DNA of 63,369 bases, filler included, from Octopus bimaculoides (GCF_001194135.2; 9 parts of 8 records of this genome joined end to end with filler, not necessarily neighbours in it); one strand, 5' to 3'. Positions 38,956 to 52,450 are shown, numbered from the whole stretch's first letter. Translations and numbers: made by a program. Notes: generated by a model not told the origin, from the sequence alone.

Positions 38956-39191
38956 TATATTTATGTATATATATGTATATATATNNNNNNNNNNNNNNNN
39001 NNNNNNNNNNNNNNNNNNNNNNNNNNNNNNNNNNNNNNNNNNNNNNNNNNNNNNNNNNNNNNNNNNNNNNNNNNNNNNNNNNNNNNNNNNNNNNNNNNNN
39101 NNNNNNNNNNNNNNNNNNNNNNNNNNNNNNNNNNNNNNNNNTATATATATATATGTATATATCTATATCTAGCTATATATGTGTATGTACA

Positions 39192-39228
<37 letters not shown>

Positions 39229-39265
39229 ATATATATATCTATATCTATATCTATATATATATCTC

Positions 39266-39299
<34 letters not shown>

Positions 39300-40439
39300 C
39301 ATATCCAATATACATATGTATTCCATGCAAGTACGAATTATTCTAACCCTCACCTGCCCTATACCTTCATCTACTATACATACATTCATCAAAAAATGTA
39401 CAATCGTAATCACAATACATTGCCAAATCTTGCGTGAACACAAATAAATCTACATGAATGTTAATATTTGTATAACCTCCCCCTCGATTACTTTCACCTT
39501 ACTTTCATATTTATATTAATGTACATATGTATATCTAAAAGCAATTGCTTACTAACGTATAGCTCTGCATGTATATACATGCATACACACTTATATACAT
39601 ATGCCGGCTTCCAGGTATTTATCTATACCTATATGCATTAAATGTTTTCGCTTTCTGAGAAATGTATTTCGTATATGTGAGTAAATACATCACCTACCAT
39701 TAAGAAAGCTTTCAAAATATTGCTAAATCCATGGATAGTGAGATTAGAAAAAATGGAGTACATGTATAATGTTTAAAAACAATTCTAGTCTTTGACTCTA
39801 TGAAACTAAAAAAATATATTTCTTTTCTCTTATATGTTATTGTTACCAACTTCTACCTCACCACGTTACACGCCATTTATTCATTGTCTTTCTACTTAAT
39901 GATTCACTCACTGTTGGAAAATGACTGAAATTTTTAAAGTTATGCCTTTGAAAATGTGTTTCTTCTGCTATTATTTCAATGTTATTTAGTATATCACAAA
40001 GATTAGGTAAATCTTTTTCTTAGCGTTTTATTAGTTTTTGATAATGTTTTACTTAGACACCTCTTTATTTTGTTAGTTACTTACTTATACATATACATAT
40101 ATAGGCATACACAGGCACGCGCACGCACACATACATACACACATACATTTACATCACTATCTATCTGGTTCTTTTTATGTTTCGACGATGAGTATCCACT
40201 AGTTGGAGTAAATGAATTTGCTATGCATTGAATTAGCTTACATTTCACAGACATGTGTATCCATAACGTAATTCACAAGCAGAATCAACGTGATACACAG
40301 TGTGACAAGGTTGTAATTTTGAATTACTGGTACAGGTCTGGGGCAAATGATGGTCAAAAGATGTTTGAATATAATTGGAAAGAGAGGAATATAACTAAAT
40401 ATAAGTTGAAAACGAGGAAGAAGTGAAGGCAGTACAGGA

Positions 40440-40620
40440 ATACATTCATATAACACAACACAAACATTTAAATTGATAGAGTTTTTTTTAAGGATATGGG
40501 CGGTACTTGTTAACACAATCTTTAGGATTTCACTGAGATATGGTTCTCCTGGGATGTTGTCTAGATGGTTCTAACACCACCATTTTTTAAATCATACCTA
40601 GGGCACCTAAAATGACAGGA
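40440..40620 (-). mobile_element. C-terminus of an R4/Dong-clade (RLE) non-LTR ORF
   Basis: Frameshifted PVILGALGMI..HLDNIPGEPYLSEI.KIVLTSTAHILKKTLSI-stop, the usual R4-clade ending. Confidence 0.75.
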
Positions 40621-40914
40621 ACAGTTTTTGTTTTAAGATGCCACATCTTTTGTATTTTAACTTCAAGTTTATTGTTGCAGTTGTTGTTGTTATTATTATT
40701 ATTGTTAGTGTTGTTGTTCTTACTATTATTATTACTACCACCAATATCATTTCGACGAAGTCCATCACAACCATCGCTATCACCAGCACTCCTATAATAG
40801 TAGTAGTAGTAGCAGCAACAGTCGTAATGACATTGTTATTAGTAGTAGTATTAGTGTCAGCATTAGCAACGATGGCAATACCAGCAGTGGCAATGATAGA
40901 TCCATTTGTGTTAG

Positions 40915-41300
40915 TTCATATTTAGTTTTGTTTCAGTGAGTTCGTATGTGATATCCGGTCTGTTGGATGTATTTAAGTATGTTAGATTAGTTATGTCTGA
41001 AGTAGAAAGGGCATTTTTGCATAGTGTTGATTACTAAGCTCCTCGGATTTTTACTATTATCAGTAGTCCTATTTAAAATTAAACTATTCTCTTCTTTTGA
41101 CCTGTCTGATCTTAGTTTTTAGTGGCTTGTAGTTGCTATGGTGTTTGCTAAATTCGGTGTAGTTGAACAGGATAGTTTAACTGTGGATGAGATTGGTATT
41201 CGTGCTGGGGATGGAAGCTTTTCTTCACGATGTTAAAGAATGTTTTTTGGGATATTGATTTTTACTGCATCGAATAGGCCTTCACGAGGTTACATTACGT
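40915..41300 (-). mobile_element. Decayed Penelope-like (Neptune-type) RT/GIY-YIG linker fragment
   Basis: KRNVT..; KTFFNIVKKSFHPQHEY; TVKLSCSTTPNLANTIA; KCPF; LTETK. Confidence 0.6.
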
Positions 41301-41600
41301 TTCCCAAGCCTTACCTTTTTGTTGTTAGTTATACTCAGGAGATGGTTATGTGATTATTGCTGGTTTTCATGGGGGGGGGGTCTATAATTGCATTGATACA
41401 ATTTATATCGGACCCAATGGTTAATTCCTGCGTTGGGTATTTATTTCCTTTCTGTTGGTAGTGTGTTTGCCATCGTTATTGTTGGTTTGACTATAATTAT
41501 GATTCCCCGTTAAGTTCTGAAAGTTACTATTCTTTGTGGATTATTTACATTATTTCTTTTCGATGGTTCTTCGTATCTAGTGTCTTAGTCACTATATTAT

Positions 41601-41634
<34 letters not shown>

Positions 41635-42831
41635 TGTATGTATGTATGTATGTATGTATGTATGTGTGTATGTATGTATGTAGATAGGTAGGCTGGTTGT
41701 TAGGTAGATATGGATGTCGATATGTATAATTTTCTGTACATGCTGTAGAAGACTGGTATTCATATCGAGAAAGAATGTTGTATAGACATATAGTGCTGAA
41801 AAGCATTGAAATATGTTAGTAGTAGACAAAAATCGTCTAGTAGTGACTGGATAAAATCACCATTCTGAATTATTACTTCTTGCCTCGCTCATAACGAATT
41901 TTTATCCAACCTGCCGGCTGTTTGCGACACAAGTGATTTGTTAGTCATTGTGTTTCTATATTAGTAGAGGCTAATTTTGTCTAAGCGTGCGGTTGCTTGT
42001 GAATATTTGCTATTGATGATGCTAAAGGAAGGAGAAATATAAATTTAGCAATTCCACCGCCGCTACTTGTACGCTGTTTGACATTCTCAAGACGAATATT
42101 GCAGTTTTCTGACTCTGCGGTATACCCGTTGTTAATTAAGATATTGGAATCGTGTTTTAAAATAATACGTTTTCCATCACTTAAAACGAATATATAAGTG
42201 TTTGTAGTAGAAAACGTTTTAGATGAGGGCATTGACTAAACACGTTTTCCGTGGAGTTTAAAAAGGTCCCCAGGTCAAGAGAGTTTTTCTAGGTTTCATG
42301 CTCTCTCTCTGCGAAGCAAAGCCTACATAGTTTGCTCTCATTTATATAAGTCTCCGGTTGTTCAAAGAATTTCCATTTAATTATGTACGGGGTTCCTTCT
42401 ACTTTTAAGCGTCATACTACCCAGGGGTACCTCCTACTACAAACTTGGAAATCTCCATTCGTTAATAAGCCTGTCGCAGCCCCATCGAATATCATCACAG
42501 CCGAAGCCTATGTAAGGCAGATAACCCGCCCCGCCTGCAGTACCCCTGCACGGACAAATATTTTTTTTAATTACAAAACTAACTGACTGTAACGTATTTC
42601 TTCCTCTAGTTGTAGAGAGATTATGCGTCTTCGGCCATTTGGGTCTGACTAATTGCCTATACTAGCAAGCGTTTTATAAGTGCGAAACCAATGGTCACTC
42701 TATGACCGGCTATAACATCTAACAGAAGGGAGGAATTTTGATTATCCCCACATACTGCGGTTTTTCAGCCTGGGCAGTTTTATGACTAAACGAAGGAAAT
42801 ACCGGCGTTATCGTAATATATGTGTGTGTAT

Positions 42832-42865
<34 letters not shown>

Positions 42866-42869
42866 GCAT

Positions 42870-42909
<40 letters not shown>

Positions 42910-42919
42910 NNNNNNNNNN

Positions 42920-42954
<35 letters not shown>

Positions 42955-43499
42955 TGTAGATACCTAGACACGTATGTCCTTCTCAAATCTGGCATGTTGT
43001 TCTCAGCTTCGAACTGTGGCTTTCCTTTTTTTGTCTCAGTGCAAAACACCGTATAATTTTATTTTCTTCCTTCGAAAACATTAAATCATTAGCTGCTTAA
43101 GTGAACCGATATCTAATGACTTGTTCTCTAAGGCAAACACTAGCATGGTTATGATATTTTTATTCGTACTTCATACTAAACATTTATGTATATACAACAA
43201 TATTGAGGAAAATATCTCAGACTAGTTTTCTACATACTTCAATTAACTAAGATAATCGATGCAATTAGACGACTATAAATTGCTCTGAGGGGAGTTGAAA
43301 ATCTAAAGAATAACAAAGAGGGAAGATAACTCAAATAAAATCAGTTAACCCAAATTTTAGCAGAATAAAAACAATCGAATTAACAGGAAATGTTGTTTTA
43401 TCGTCAACCACTGAGAGTAACAGGCATGTTTTGATTCTATTAGATCTCATCAGCGAGGCATTTTCACTTTAGTCGATTATGCTTAGAAGTGATCAGTAC

Positions 43500-43683
<184 letters not shown>

Positions 43684-44165
43684 ATTTGGGTTTGGGTTTG
43701 CAAGTTTTTTTCATGTATATACATATGCATATATGTATAATATAAATAGTTGCATTCTGTCCACTGCTATGGAAAAAGAACAATGACCGAAACGTCCTAA
43801 TGATAACTCTTTCCAAGAGACAGAATGGACTAAAGAGGACAGGAGGAGGCACATGGGGCGGAGAATCACTGAAGCAGTCATAGGATGTGTGGCGAAAAAT
43901 TTCAGACAAAGGACACCTAAAATAAGAATAATAATGATGTTGAAGTGAAGAAGGAATACAGTGTATGGTTAATTGGCAAAAAAAAAAAAAAAANNNNNNN
44001 NNNNNNNNNNNNNNNNNNNNNNNNNNNNNNNNNNNNNNNNNNNNNNNNNNNNNNNNNNNNNNNNNNNNNNNNNNNNNNNNNNNNNNNNNNNNNNNNNNNN
44101 NNNNNNNNNNNNNNNNNNNNNNNNNNNNNNNNNNNNNNNNNNNNNNNNNNNNNNNNNNNNNNNNN

Positions 44166-44204
<39 letters not shown>

Positions 44205-44400
44205 CGCTTAGGCATAGCTATATTTATAGCTAGTCGTTACTTACGCTCTAGAGTCAACCATCATGTTTGTACAAACGTAATATAAATGAATAAATGACCA
44301 AAATAGGAACGTTTTATAGTCACTTCCATTAGCTTACAACCATGTCTTGAGAAGAGAATGAGAGGAATATAATCCCAGATAGGATGTATCTATCTTTTAT

Positions 44401-44805
44401 TTTTTCTTTTCTTTTACTTGTTTCAGTTATTAGACTGCAGCCATGCTGGAGCACTGCCTTGAACAACCTGTGTTAACCGAATGAATTGACGTTAGCTCTT
44501 ATTTTTTCGTTAAACTTCGTACTTATTCCATCGGTCTTGTTTTGCAGAACTGCTATCTCACAGGGACGTAAACACACCAGAACCGGTTGTCAAGCGTTGG
44601 TCACACACACACATATGCGCACACGCACACGCACACGCACACACACGACAGTTTTCTTTCAGTTTCCGTTTGCCAAATCCACTCAGAAGGCTTTGGTCGG
44701 CTATAATAGAAAAAGACTTGCCCAAAGTGCCACGTAGTGGGTTTCAGTCCACAGAACCATGTGCTTGGGAAGCAAGCCTCTTACTAGACAGCTATGCTTG
44801 CGCCT
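44401..44805 (-). mobile_element. SINE family A, full length, with a short internal (CA)/(CACG) tract
   Basis: Head ends ..GCTTGCGCCT; tail CTTTTACTTGTTTCAG. Confidence 0.9.
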
Positions 44806-45335
44806 ATATGGGATTCTGTTATTGCATTGTATATATTTTATGTCCTTTGGTTTTGCATGTTAATGTAATACGATTTTTAGCTATTGATACATATTCAGCG
44901 AGCAATGAATACACAAACACACATATCATATATATGCAATATGAAATGCGCGACATGTAATATGCAGCAGGGACATGTATGATATTAAATGCACGAATAT
45001 ACACCATAGAATATTTCAGTTTGAAATATAAAATTAAAAAGCAAAGAGACAATACATGCAATGTACAACACAGAATGTATAAATATACAACATGCGCGAA
45101 AATATGTTCGTTATTATCTTCTTTCCTAACAGTAAATATTCATGTTATTACCACGAAGATAAACGAAACAAAAACGTGAAGTTTAGAAATTACAGATAAT
45201 CGTCTCTGAGATAATGTCATATATATATATATATANNNNNNNNNNNNNNNNNNNNNNNNNNNNNNNNNNNNNNNNNNNNTTAATTAATTAANNNNNNNNN
45301 NNNNNNNNNNNNNNNNNNNNNNNNNNNNNNNNNNN

Positions 45336-45373
<38 letters not shown>

Positions 45374-46095
45374 GCCCGGGAATAATGACTTCACGGAGAT
45401 GTCCATTATGAATGCAGCACCTATATTTTGTATTGTATGTCAACTCACTCCCGTGTTTACGAGGGCCATTGATGATGTTTCTGTGTGATTATACGCGTGT
45501 CTACACGCGCGTCTGTACGTATGTGTATACGTGTGCCTAATGTGTGTGTCTGTGTGTGTGCGAGCGATCGTGTGTACTCACGTAGCGCAATCAGCCACAT
45601 ATTCGATGGAATACTTAGCAGCTTGTTTACATATTCTTGCATGGCTGAAAACACTGGGAGGAATGGTGAGTTCGTCACAGTGATATTCTTTGAAACGTAG
45701 CGATTCTAAAGACTACATTCTTGCATTCATCAATTTAATTGTACAGAGAATTGAAGTGACTTCGTATTTGTTTTGTACTAATTTTCGGTCCAATTAGACT
45801 ATTTGTTTAACGGAATGCTCAACGGTGTGGCAGCGGCAGTTAGAAGATACATGCTATACTCGCGGCAATGTGTTGCATGCGTCTGTCGATATATGCAAAT
45901 ATGTATGTCTTTTACTTCATTTAATTTATAAGTATTTTCTCTGGAAGGAAGGAGCTGTTCAGTGGAATTTCGTTTACGACAACGATATTGGTTACATACT
46001 TTAGAAAAGACTCGAATATTTTTACTATTCCACTTACAGATTGTGTGTGTAAAGTTCGTGTTAGCCGGTCACTTTCTCTGCTTGAAATGTATATT

Positions 46096-46129
<34 letters not shown>

Positions 46130-46159
46130 TGTATGTATGTATGTATGTATGTATGTATG

Positions 46160-46217
46160 TTTGTTTGCCTTTGTTTGTCTCCCCCACCATCATTTGACAA
46201 CCGATGCTGGTGTGTTT
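46160..46217 (+). mobile_element. Start of a SINE family A 3' module, cut by a gap
   Basis: CCCCCACCATCATTTGACAACCGATGCTGGTGTGTTT. Confidence 0.85.
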
Positions 46218-47646
46218 NNNNNNNNNNNNNNNNNNNNNNNNNNNNNNNNNNNNNNNNNNNNNNNNNNNNNNNNNNNNNNNNNNNNNNNNNNNNNNNNNNN
46301 NNNNNNNNNNNNNNNNNNNNNNNNNNNNNNNNNNNNNNNNNNNNNNNNNNNNNNNNNNNNNNNNNNNNNNNNNNNNNNNNNNNNNNNNNNNNNNNNNNNN
46401 NNNNNNNNNNNNNNNNNNNNNNNNNNNNNNNNNNNNNNNNNNNNNNNNNNNNNNNNNNNNNNNNNNNNNNNNNNNNNNNNNNNNNNNNNNNNNNNNNNNN
46501 NNNNNNNNNNNNNNNNNNNNNNNNNNNNNNNNNNNNNNNNNNNNNNNNNNNNNNNNNNNNNNNNNNNNNNNNNNNNNNNNNNNNNNNNNNNNNNNNNNNN
46601 NNNNNNNNNNNNNNNNNNNNNNNNNNNNNNNNNNNNNNNNNNNNNNNNNNNNNNNNNNNNNNNNNNNNNNNNNNNNNNNNNNNNNNNNNNNNNNNNNNNN
46701 NNNNNNNNNNNNNNNNNNNNNNNNNNNNNNNNNNNNNNNNNNNNNNNNNNNNNNNNNNNNNNNNNNNNNNNNNNNNNNNNNNNNNNNNNNNNNNNNNNNN
46801 NNNNNNNNNNNNNNNNNNNNNNNNNNNNNNNNNNNNNNNNNNNNNNNNNNNNNNNNNNNNNNNNNNNNNNNNNNNNNNNNNNNNNNNNNNNNNNNNNNNN
46901 NNNNNNNNNNNNNNNNNNNNNNNNNNNNNNNNNNNNNNNNNNNNNNNNNNNNNNNNNNNNNNNNNNNNNNNNNNNNNNNNNNNNNNNNNNNNNNNNNNNN
47001 NNNNNNNNNNNNNNNNNNNNNNNNNNNNNNNNNNNNNNNNNNNNNNNNNNNNNNNNNNNNNNNNNNNNNNNNNNNNNNNNNNNNNNNNNNNNNNNNNNNN
47101 NNNNNNNNNNNNNNNNNNNNNNNNNNNNNNNNNNNNNNNNNNNNNNNNNNNNNNNNNNNNNNNNNNNNNNNNNNNNNNNNNNNNNNNNNAGCAACAACAG
47201 CAGCAGCAGAAAAGAAATCAAATCTAAATTCTTTCAGTTTATAACAATTGGATCCAAATTAGAAACATTTATTTAACGAACTGGTTTTCAGTTATGGTTG
47301 TATATAGGTGTATACATACACACATACACACACACACATACTTACATACATACATATGTACGTACGTACATACATAGATACATACAAACATACATGCGTA
47401 CATACATAAATGCATTAATTATATTTATCCTGACACTCACACACGCGTGCGTGCGCACACACACACTTGTATGTATTTGTGTGTATTTATATATATATAT
47501 AACCATGTGCGTATATAAGTATATATATATATATATATATATATATNNNNNNNNNNNNNNNNNNNNNNNNNNNNNNNNNNNNNNNNNNNNTTAATTAATT
47601 AANNNNNNNNNNNNNNNNNNNNNNNNNNNNNNNNNNNNNNNNNNNN

Positions 47647-48878
47647 AAATTTCTCCTGTGATTTCAGATTTCTCAAAGTATAATATGTCACTATGGAACA
47701 CGAAACTCCAATTATATCATTCTAATGGAGTATTGCGCTCAAACAATATTAGCATAAACTGTGGCATTTTCCAAGGTGACTCACTTTCACCACTAATTTT
47801 CTGCATAACACTAATACCACTCTCAAGTGAACTGAATTGAACAGGGTATGGCTACAAAATTGGCAACAGGAAAATAAACCATCTATTTTATATGGATGAT
47901 TTAAAGCTATATGGCAAAGATGATGAAGTGCTTCATGGACTATTACATACTGTGAAAGGATTCAGTGATGATATCGGGATGGAGTTTAGCCTTGAAAAGT
48001 GTGTCAAAGCCACTTTTAAGAAAGGAAAACTGGTAAAGTCAAGTTCAATAGAATTAGATGTTGAAACAGTAATAAAGGAACTTGAGTAGGAGCAAACCTA
48101 TAAATACCTAGGAATAAATGAAGGCTCTGGTATCCAGCATGCAACATGAAAGAGAAGGTTAGGAAGGAATGTTATAGAAGAGTTCGAGCAGTTCTGAAGT
48201 CTGAGCTGAATGCATATAATAAGGTGTTAGCCATAAATTCCTTAGCAGTCCCAGTTGTTCTTTATAGCTTCAACGTGCTTACCTGGAATACCAGTGAAAT
48301 AATCAAAATTGATAGAAAAATCCGCAAGCTACTGACTTGTAATAAGATGCACCATCCAAAGGCAGACGTGGATCATCTTTACCTTCCCAGAGCTCAGGGA
48401 GGTTGAGGCTTGATCCAGCTTGAATTTACATACAAAACCACCACAATCGGACAGGCAAAATATCTTGAAACAACCAACGATTGGATGCTGAAACTTGTTG
48501 AAAAACATGAAAGATCGAAAAAACTTCACTCTATTCTGAAAGAGAGCAAAAAATTCGCTGCTGATCTCTTAGATACCTACCAGATTGATCAGGTTGAAGG
48601 AAATGCGCCAACTGCTGCTGCAAAGAAAATTAAATTAATTGCAAAGACAAAAGCACATGACAAATTAGCTAGCAGATGGGAACAGAAACCCCTGCATGGC
48701 AAGTATGTGGCCCGTAGCAAACAAGCTAATGTCGACCAGAAACACACACATCAATGGTTACGAAGCTCAGGGCTAAAAGCAGTGAGTGAAGGTTTCATAT
48801 TGGCTGCTCAAGAACAAAGCTTATTAATCCGGAACTACCAAGTCAATGTGATAAAAAATGGAGCTGACCCAAAATGCC
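47647..48878 (+). mobile_element. R4/Dong-clade non-LTR reverse transcriptase region, lightly decayed, cut by gaps at both ends
   Basis: GIFQGDSLSPLIFCITLIPLS; HLFYMDDLKLY; YKYLGI; HHPKADVDHLYLPRAQGG; LKAVSEGFILAAQEQSL; DPKC (start of the zinc knuckle). A few stops and frameshifts. Confidence 0.95.
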
Positions 48879-48978
48879 NNNNNNNNNNNNNNNNNNNNNN
48901 NNNNNNNNNNNNNNNNNNNNNNTTAATTAATTAANNNNNNNNNNNNNNNNNNNNNNNNNNNNNNNNNNNNNNNNNNNN

Positions 48979-49010
<32 letters not shown>

Positions 49011-49058
49011 CGTGCGCGCGTGTGTGTGCGTGTCTGTGTGTGTGTGTGCATGAAGGCT

Positions 49059-49296
49059 TTGTAAGTTACGGAGACAGAGCGACTATGAAAGTCTCTTAGT
49101 ACAATAATAACTATATAATAATAGTAATATATATATCATAATAGTAATATATATATACTCCGATTTAAAGCGACATTTTATATTTAAAAAATGTAGCTTT
49201 AAATCGGAGCATATATATTATTATTATGATATAGTATTATATAGTTATCATTGTACTGGGAGACTTCTTCAGTTGCTCTATCTCTGTAACTTACAA
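49059..49296. repeat. About 240-bp imperfect palindrome (foldback or MITE-like)
   Basis: Arms TTGTAAGTTAC..CTCCGATTTAAAGCGACATTTT and AAAATGTAGCTTTAAATCGGAG..GTAACTTACAA around an 8-nt loop at 49180-49187. Confidence 0.9.
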
Positions 49297-49535
49297 GTAT
49301 TATATTGGACAGTTAAAGCATATGTTCATAAAATTTGGCTGATATTGATGGGTGAGCATTTGGCTCAATCGGATGTGCATGGAGCTGTGTTACCGATGAT
49401 ATGTGTGTTCGATTCTGGACTGGTTAGCTCATCATTTTTCAGTCAATTGCTTATATAAAAAGATGTTGTTTTAAATTGGAGAATATATATTATCATATGT
49501 TATTATATAGTTATTATTGTTATTATACATACACA

Positions 49536-49578
<43 letters not shown>

Positions 49579-49582
49579 ACAT

Positions 49583-50108
49583 ATCGTAAAATATAATTGC
49601 CAACTAAATGTTGTTGTCCCATAGAGGACGATGCTACTGCTGTTTTTATCCCCAGGGGGAATCTCCTCCAGCTGGCTAATGACACACTGCCTCTGTCCAA
49701 TTAGTAATTGCGAGAGGAAATCATCGTTCCCATCTCTAGCTTTACGTGATACACACAGACCCAGGTTTCTAGGTAATAACCTGTCATCAGTGTATGATAA
49801 TCACGGGCTAGTGATAAAAACTCATTCCACATGCTAAATACTATATGCTTTTTCCGGTGACAAACTGCCGCTGATCACGAAAAAGGAGAAGTAAGCAATA
49901 TTATAGCGAGAAGTAAACAGTAGCAGTACGGAATCGTAAAATATAATTATCAACTAAATGTGGTGGTCCCATAAAAGACGATGCTACTGTTGTTTTTAAC
50001 CCCAGGATGGGAACGATGATTTCCCCTCGCAAATACTAATCGGACACAGACAGTGTGTTGTTAGTCAGCTGGAGGAGATGTCCTCCTGGGGCTAAAAATG
50101 ACTGTAGC
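49583..50108. repeat. Overlapping direct (49583-49656 / 49933-50006) and inverted (49633-49734 / 50006-50108) duplications
   Basis: Read directly; both pairs carry scattered substitutions. Confidence 0.9.
49752..49796 (-). ncRNA. Minimal type-I hammerhead motif with a GUC triplet
   Basis: Minus strand: CAUACA-CUGAUGA-C-AGGU-UAUU-ACCU-A-GAAA-CCUGGG-UC-UGUGUG. Stem I has 6 bp and stem II has 4 bp. Confidence 0.8.
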
Positions 50109-50571
50109 NNNNNNNNNNNNNNNNNNNNNNNNNNNNNNNNNNNNNNNNNNNNNNNNNNNNNNNNNNNNNNNNNNNNNNNNNNNNNNNNNNNNNNNNNNNN
50201 NNNNNNNNNNNNNNNNNNNNNNNNNNNNNNNNNNNNNNNNNNNNNNNNNNNNNNNNNNNNNNNNNNNNNNNNNNNNNNNNNNNNNNNNNNNNNNNNNNNN
50301 NNNNNNNNNNNNNNNNNNNNNNNNNNNNNNNNNNNNNNNNNNNNNNNNNNNNNNNNNNNNNNNNNNNNNNNNNNNNNNNNNNNNNNNNNNNNNNNNNNNN
50401 NNNNNNNNNNNNNNNNNNNNNNNNNNNNNNNNNNNNNNNNNNNNNNNNNNNNNNNNNNNNNNNNNNNNNNNNNNNNNNNNNNNNNNNNNNNNNNNNNNNN
50501 NNNNNNNNNNNNNNNNNNNNNNNNNNNNNNNNNNNNNNNNNNNNNNNNNNNNNNNNNNNNNNNNNNNNNNN

Positions 50572-50641
<70 letters not shown>

Positions 50642-50744
50642 ATACATACACACACACACATTTATATGTAAGGTGAGATGCATTATTACATGTACACATC
50701 CACGCACCATTGGGTTTTGTCAATCACATCACATAACCAAAGAG

Positions 50745-51015
50745 ATTTAGAAGATACTCCCAATGCGTAACTGAGGTACAAATGTTGGAATAAAACAATT
50801 TGAGGCCGATTAATTTCCCCGAATACTCATTATTCACTTATGGGTGTTCTCTTTAGCATTCACTTATTAGACATCTGATATTCATGTCAGATGAGCATTT
50901 TTCACCCTAAAAGTTGGTTGGTTATTGGGTGTTTGCTGAGTTTTTGCTTTGTTACTTGTTTCTTAGTTTCCTGTTGTAGTTCACAATATCCGGTCTGTTG
51001 CATTTGAATCTTATG
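50745..51015 (-). mobile_element. Decayed restriction-like endonuclease (RLE) fragment of a non-LTR element
   Basis: KCNRPDIV.. then KENT..LKLFY..ALG; abuts (TATG)n. Confidence 0.5.
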
Positions 51016-51019
51016 ATAT

Positions 51020-51152
51020 GTATGTATGTATGTATGTATGCATGTATCTATGTATGTATGTTTGTTTGTTCGTTTGTATGTATGTATGTATGTATGTATG
51101 CATGTATGTATGAACGTATGCGTGTATGTATGTATGTATGTATGTATGTATG

Positions 51153-51204
<52 letters not shown>

Positions 51205-51950
51205 NNNNNNNNNNNNNNNNNNNNNNNNNNNNNNNNNNNNNNNNNNNNTTAATTAATTAANNNNNNNNNNNNNNNNNNNNNNNNNNNNNNNNNNNNNNNN
51301 NNNNGATAAATTGAGAGAAGAAAAAATTATTTTCTTTCTCACCCGCCGCCTTGTCTTATGCTCAGTCGTGTAATTGTTTTATTTTAATGTCGTATTTTAT
51401 AGAGTTAATCTTATATATTGTTTGTTAGAGACGGTTGACATCTTCCGCTTGCAACGATTGTTCTTTATCTTGTTCTGACAGAAAGGAAATAGGAAATATT
51501 CTGTTTTTATTGTTTTCCATCTTTACAGTCCCGGCGGCCATTTGGAGGTTTATTTTTTTTTGTAGGAATCCAACCACCCGCCCACCCATCCATCCGTCCA
51601 ACCATCCATCCATCCATCCATCCATCCATCCATCCATCCATCCATCCATCCAATCACATGCATGTATGCATGTTTGTATGCACGTGTATATGTATGTATG
51701 TGTGTATGAATGTATGTATGAATGTACCTAAGTACGTATGCATGTATGTATGTATGTATGCGTGCATCTATGTATGTGTATGCATGCATGCATGTATGTA
51801 TGTGTGTATGTATGTCCGTACGTATGTATGTATACATGCATGTATAAATGCGTGCATGTATGTATGTGTGTTTGCATGCATACATGTATGTATGTATGTG
51901 TATGTATGCTCGTACGTATTTATGTATGTATGTATGTATGCATGTATGTC
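51020..51950. repeat. (TATG)n, (CATC)n and degenerate TATG/CATG arrays
   Basis: Direct reading. Confidence 0.9.
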
Positions 51951-51989
51951 TTGTCTTTCTCTTTCTAATTTAGAGTAAATTGTGAAGGA

Positions 51990-52450
51990 AAGTATCTTGA
52001 TTTGACCAACATCCTTTAAATCTTAAGACGGTCTTGCAGATTTTTATTCTCCCAGATATCCTGATCATTTGTAGTGTATGAATTAAGGATTTGCATTCTC
52101 TCCTCAAGATTCCAAGTTCAACCATACTTTACTCCATATAGGTTGGTATGTATCCTGTTGTTCCAATAATTATAGGTATTAAGCTGAAAGCGTATCTTGG
52201 ATACGGGATTTACAAACTCCTTATCAATGGTCCCTAGATGACCGCTTTCTCTTGTGCTTTCCTAATCATATTCGTATACAAAGGGTAGCTGATTTCCACA
52301 ATACAGCATATGTTTTCTCTATGGTCCCACACAACGATATTGAGCCAGTTGTGTTTTAACTTGGTGGCTGTTTTAAATTTTAAGTTCCACCAAAATGATT
52401 TTGACCCATCGGTCTCAATTTGGTCAACTTCACTTGTAGGTATTTTCTTT
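51990..52450 (-). mobile_element. RLE domain and C-terminus of an R4-like non-LTR element
   Basis: LWDHREK.CCIVEISYPLYTN..GPLIRSL..YPRYAFSLIPIIIGTTGYIPTNL..KICKT.LRF; flanked on both sides by (TATG)n. Confidence 0.75.

Noticed and set aside
41980-42560. LINE 5' end with an AP endonuclease start or an HDV-like ribozyme (a cUUCGg hairpin is present on the minus strand)
   Set aside because: No diagnostic APE residues were recognised and I could not build the nested pseudoknot by eye.
43415-43455. Minus-strand CUGAUGA-GAU..AUC-AAAA-CAUG-CC
   Set aside because: It needs two core reversions (G12 and U16.1) and stem I is weak; possibly decayed but unsupported.
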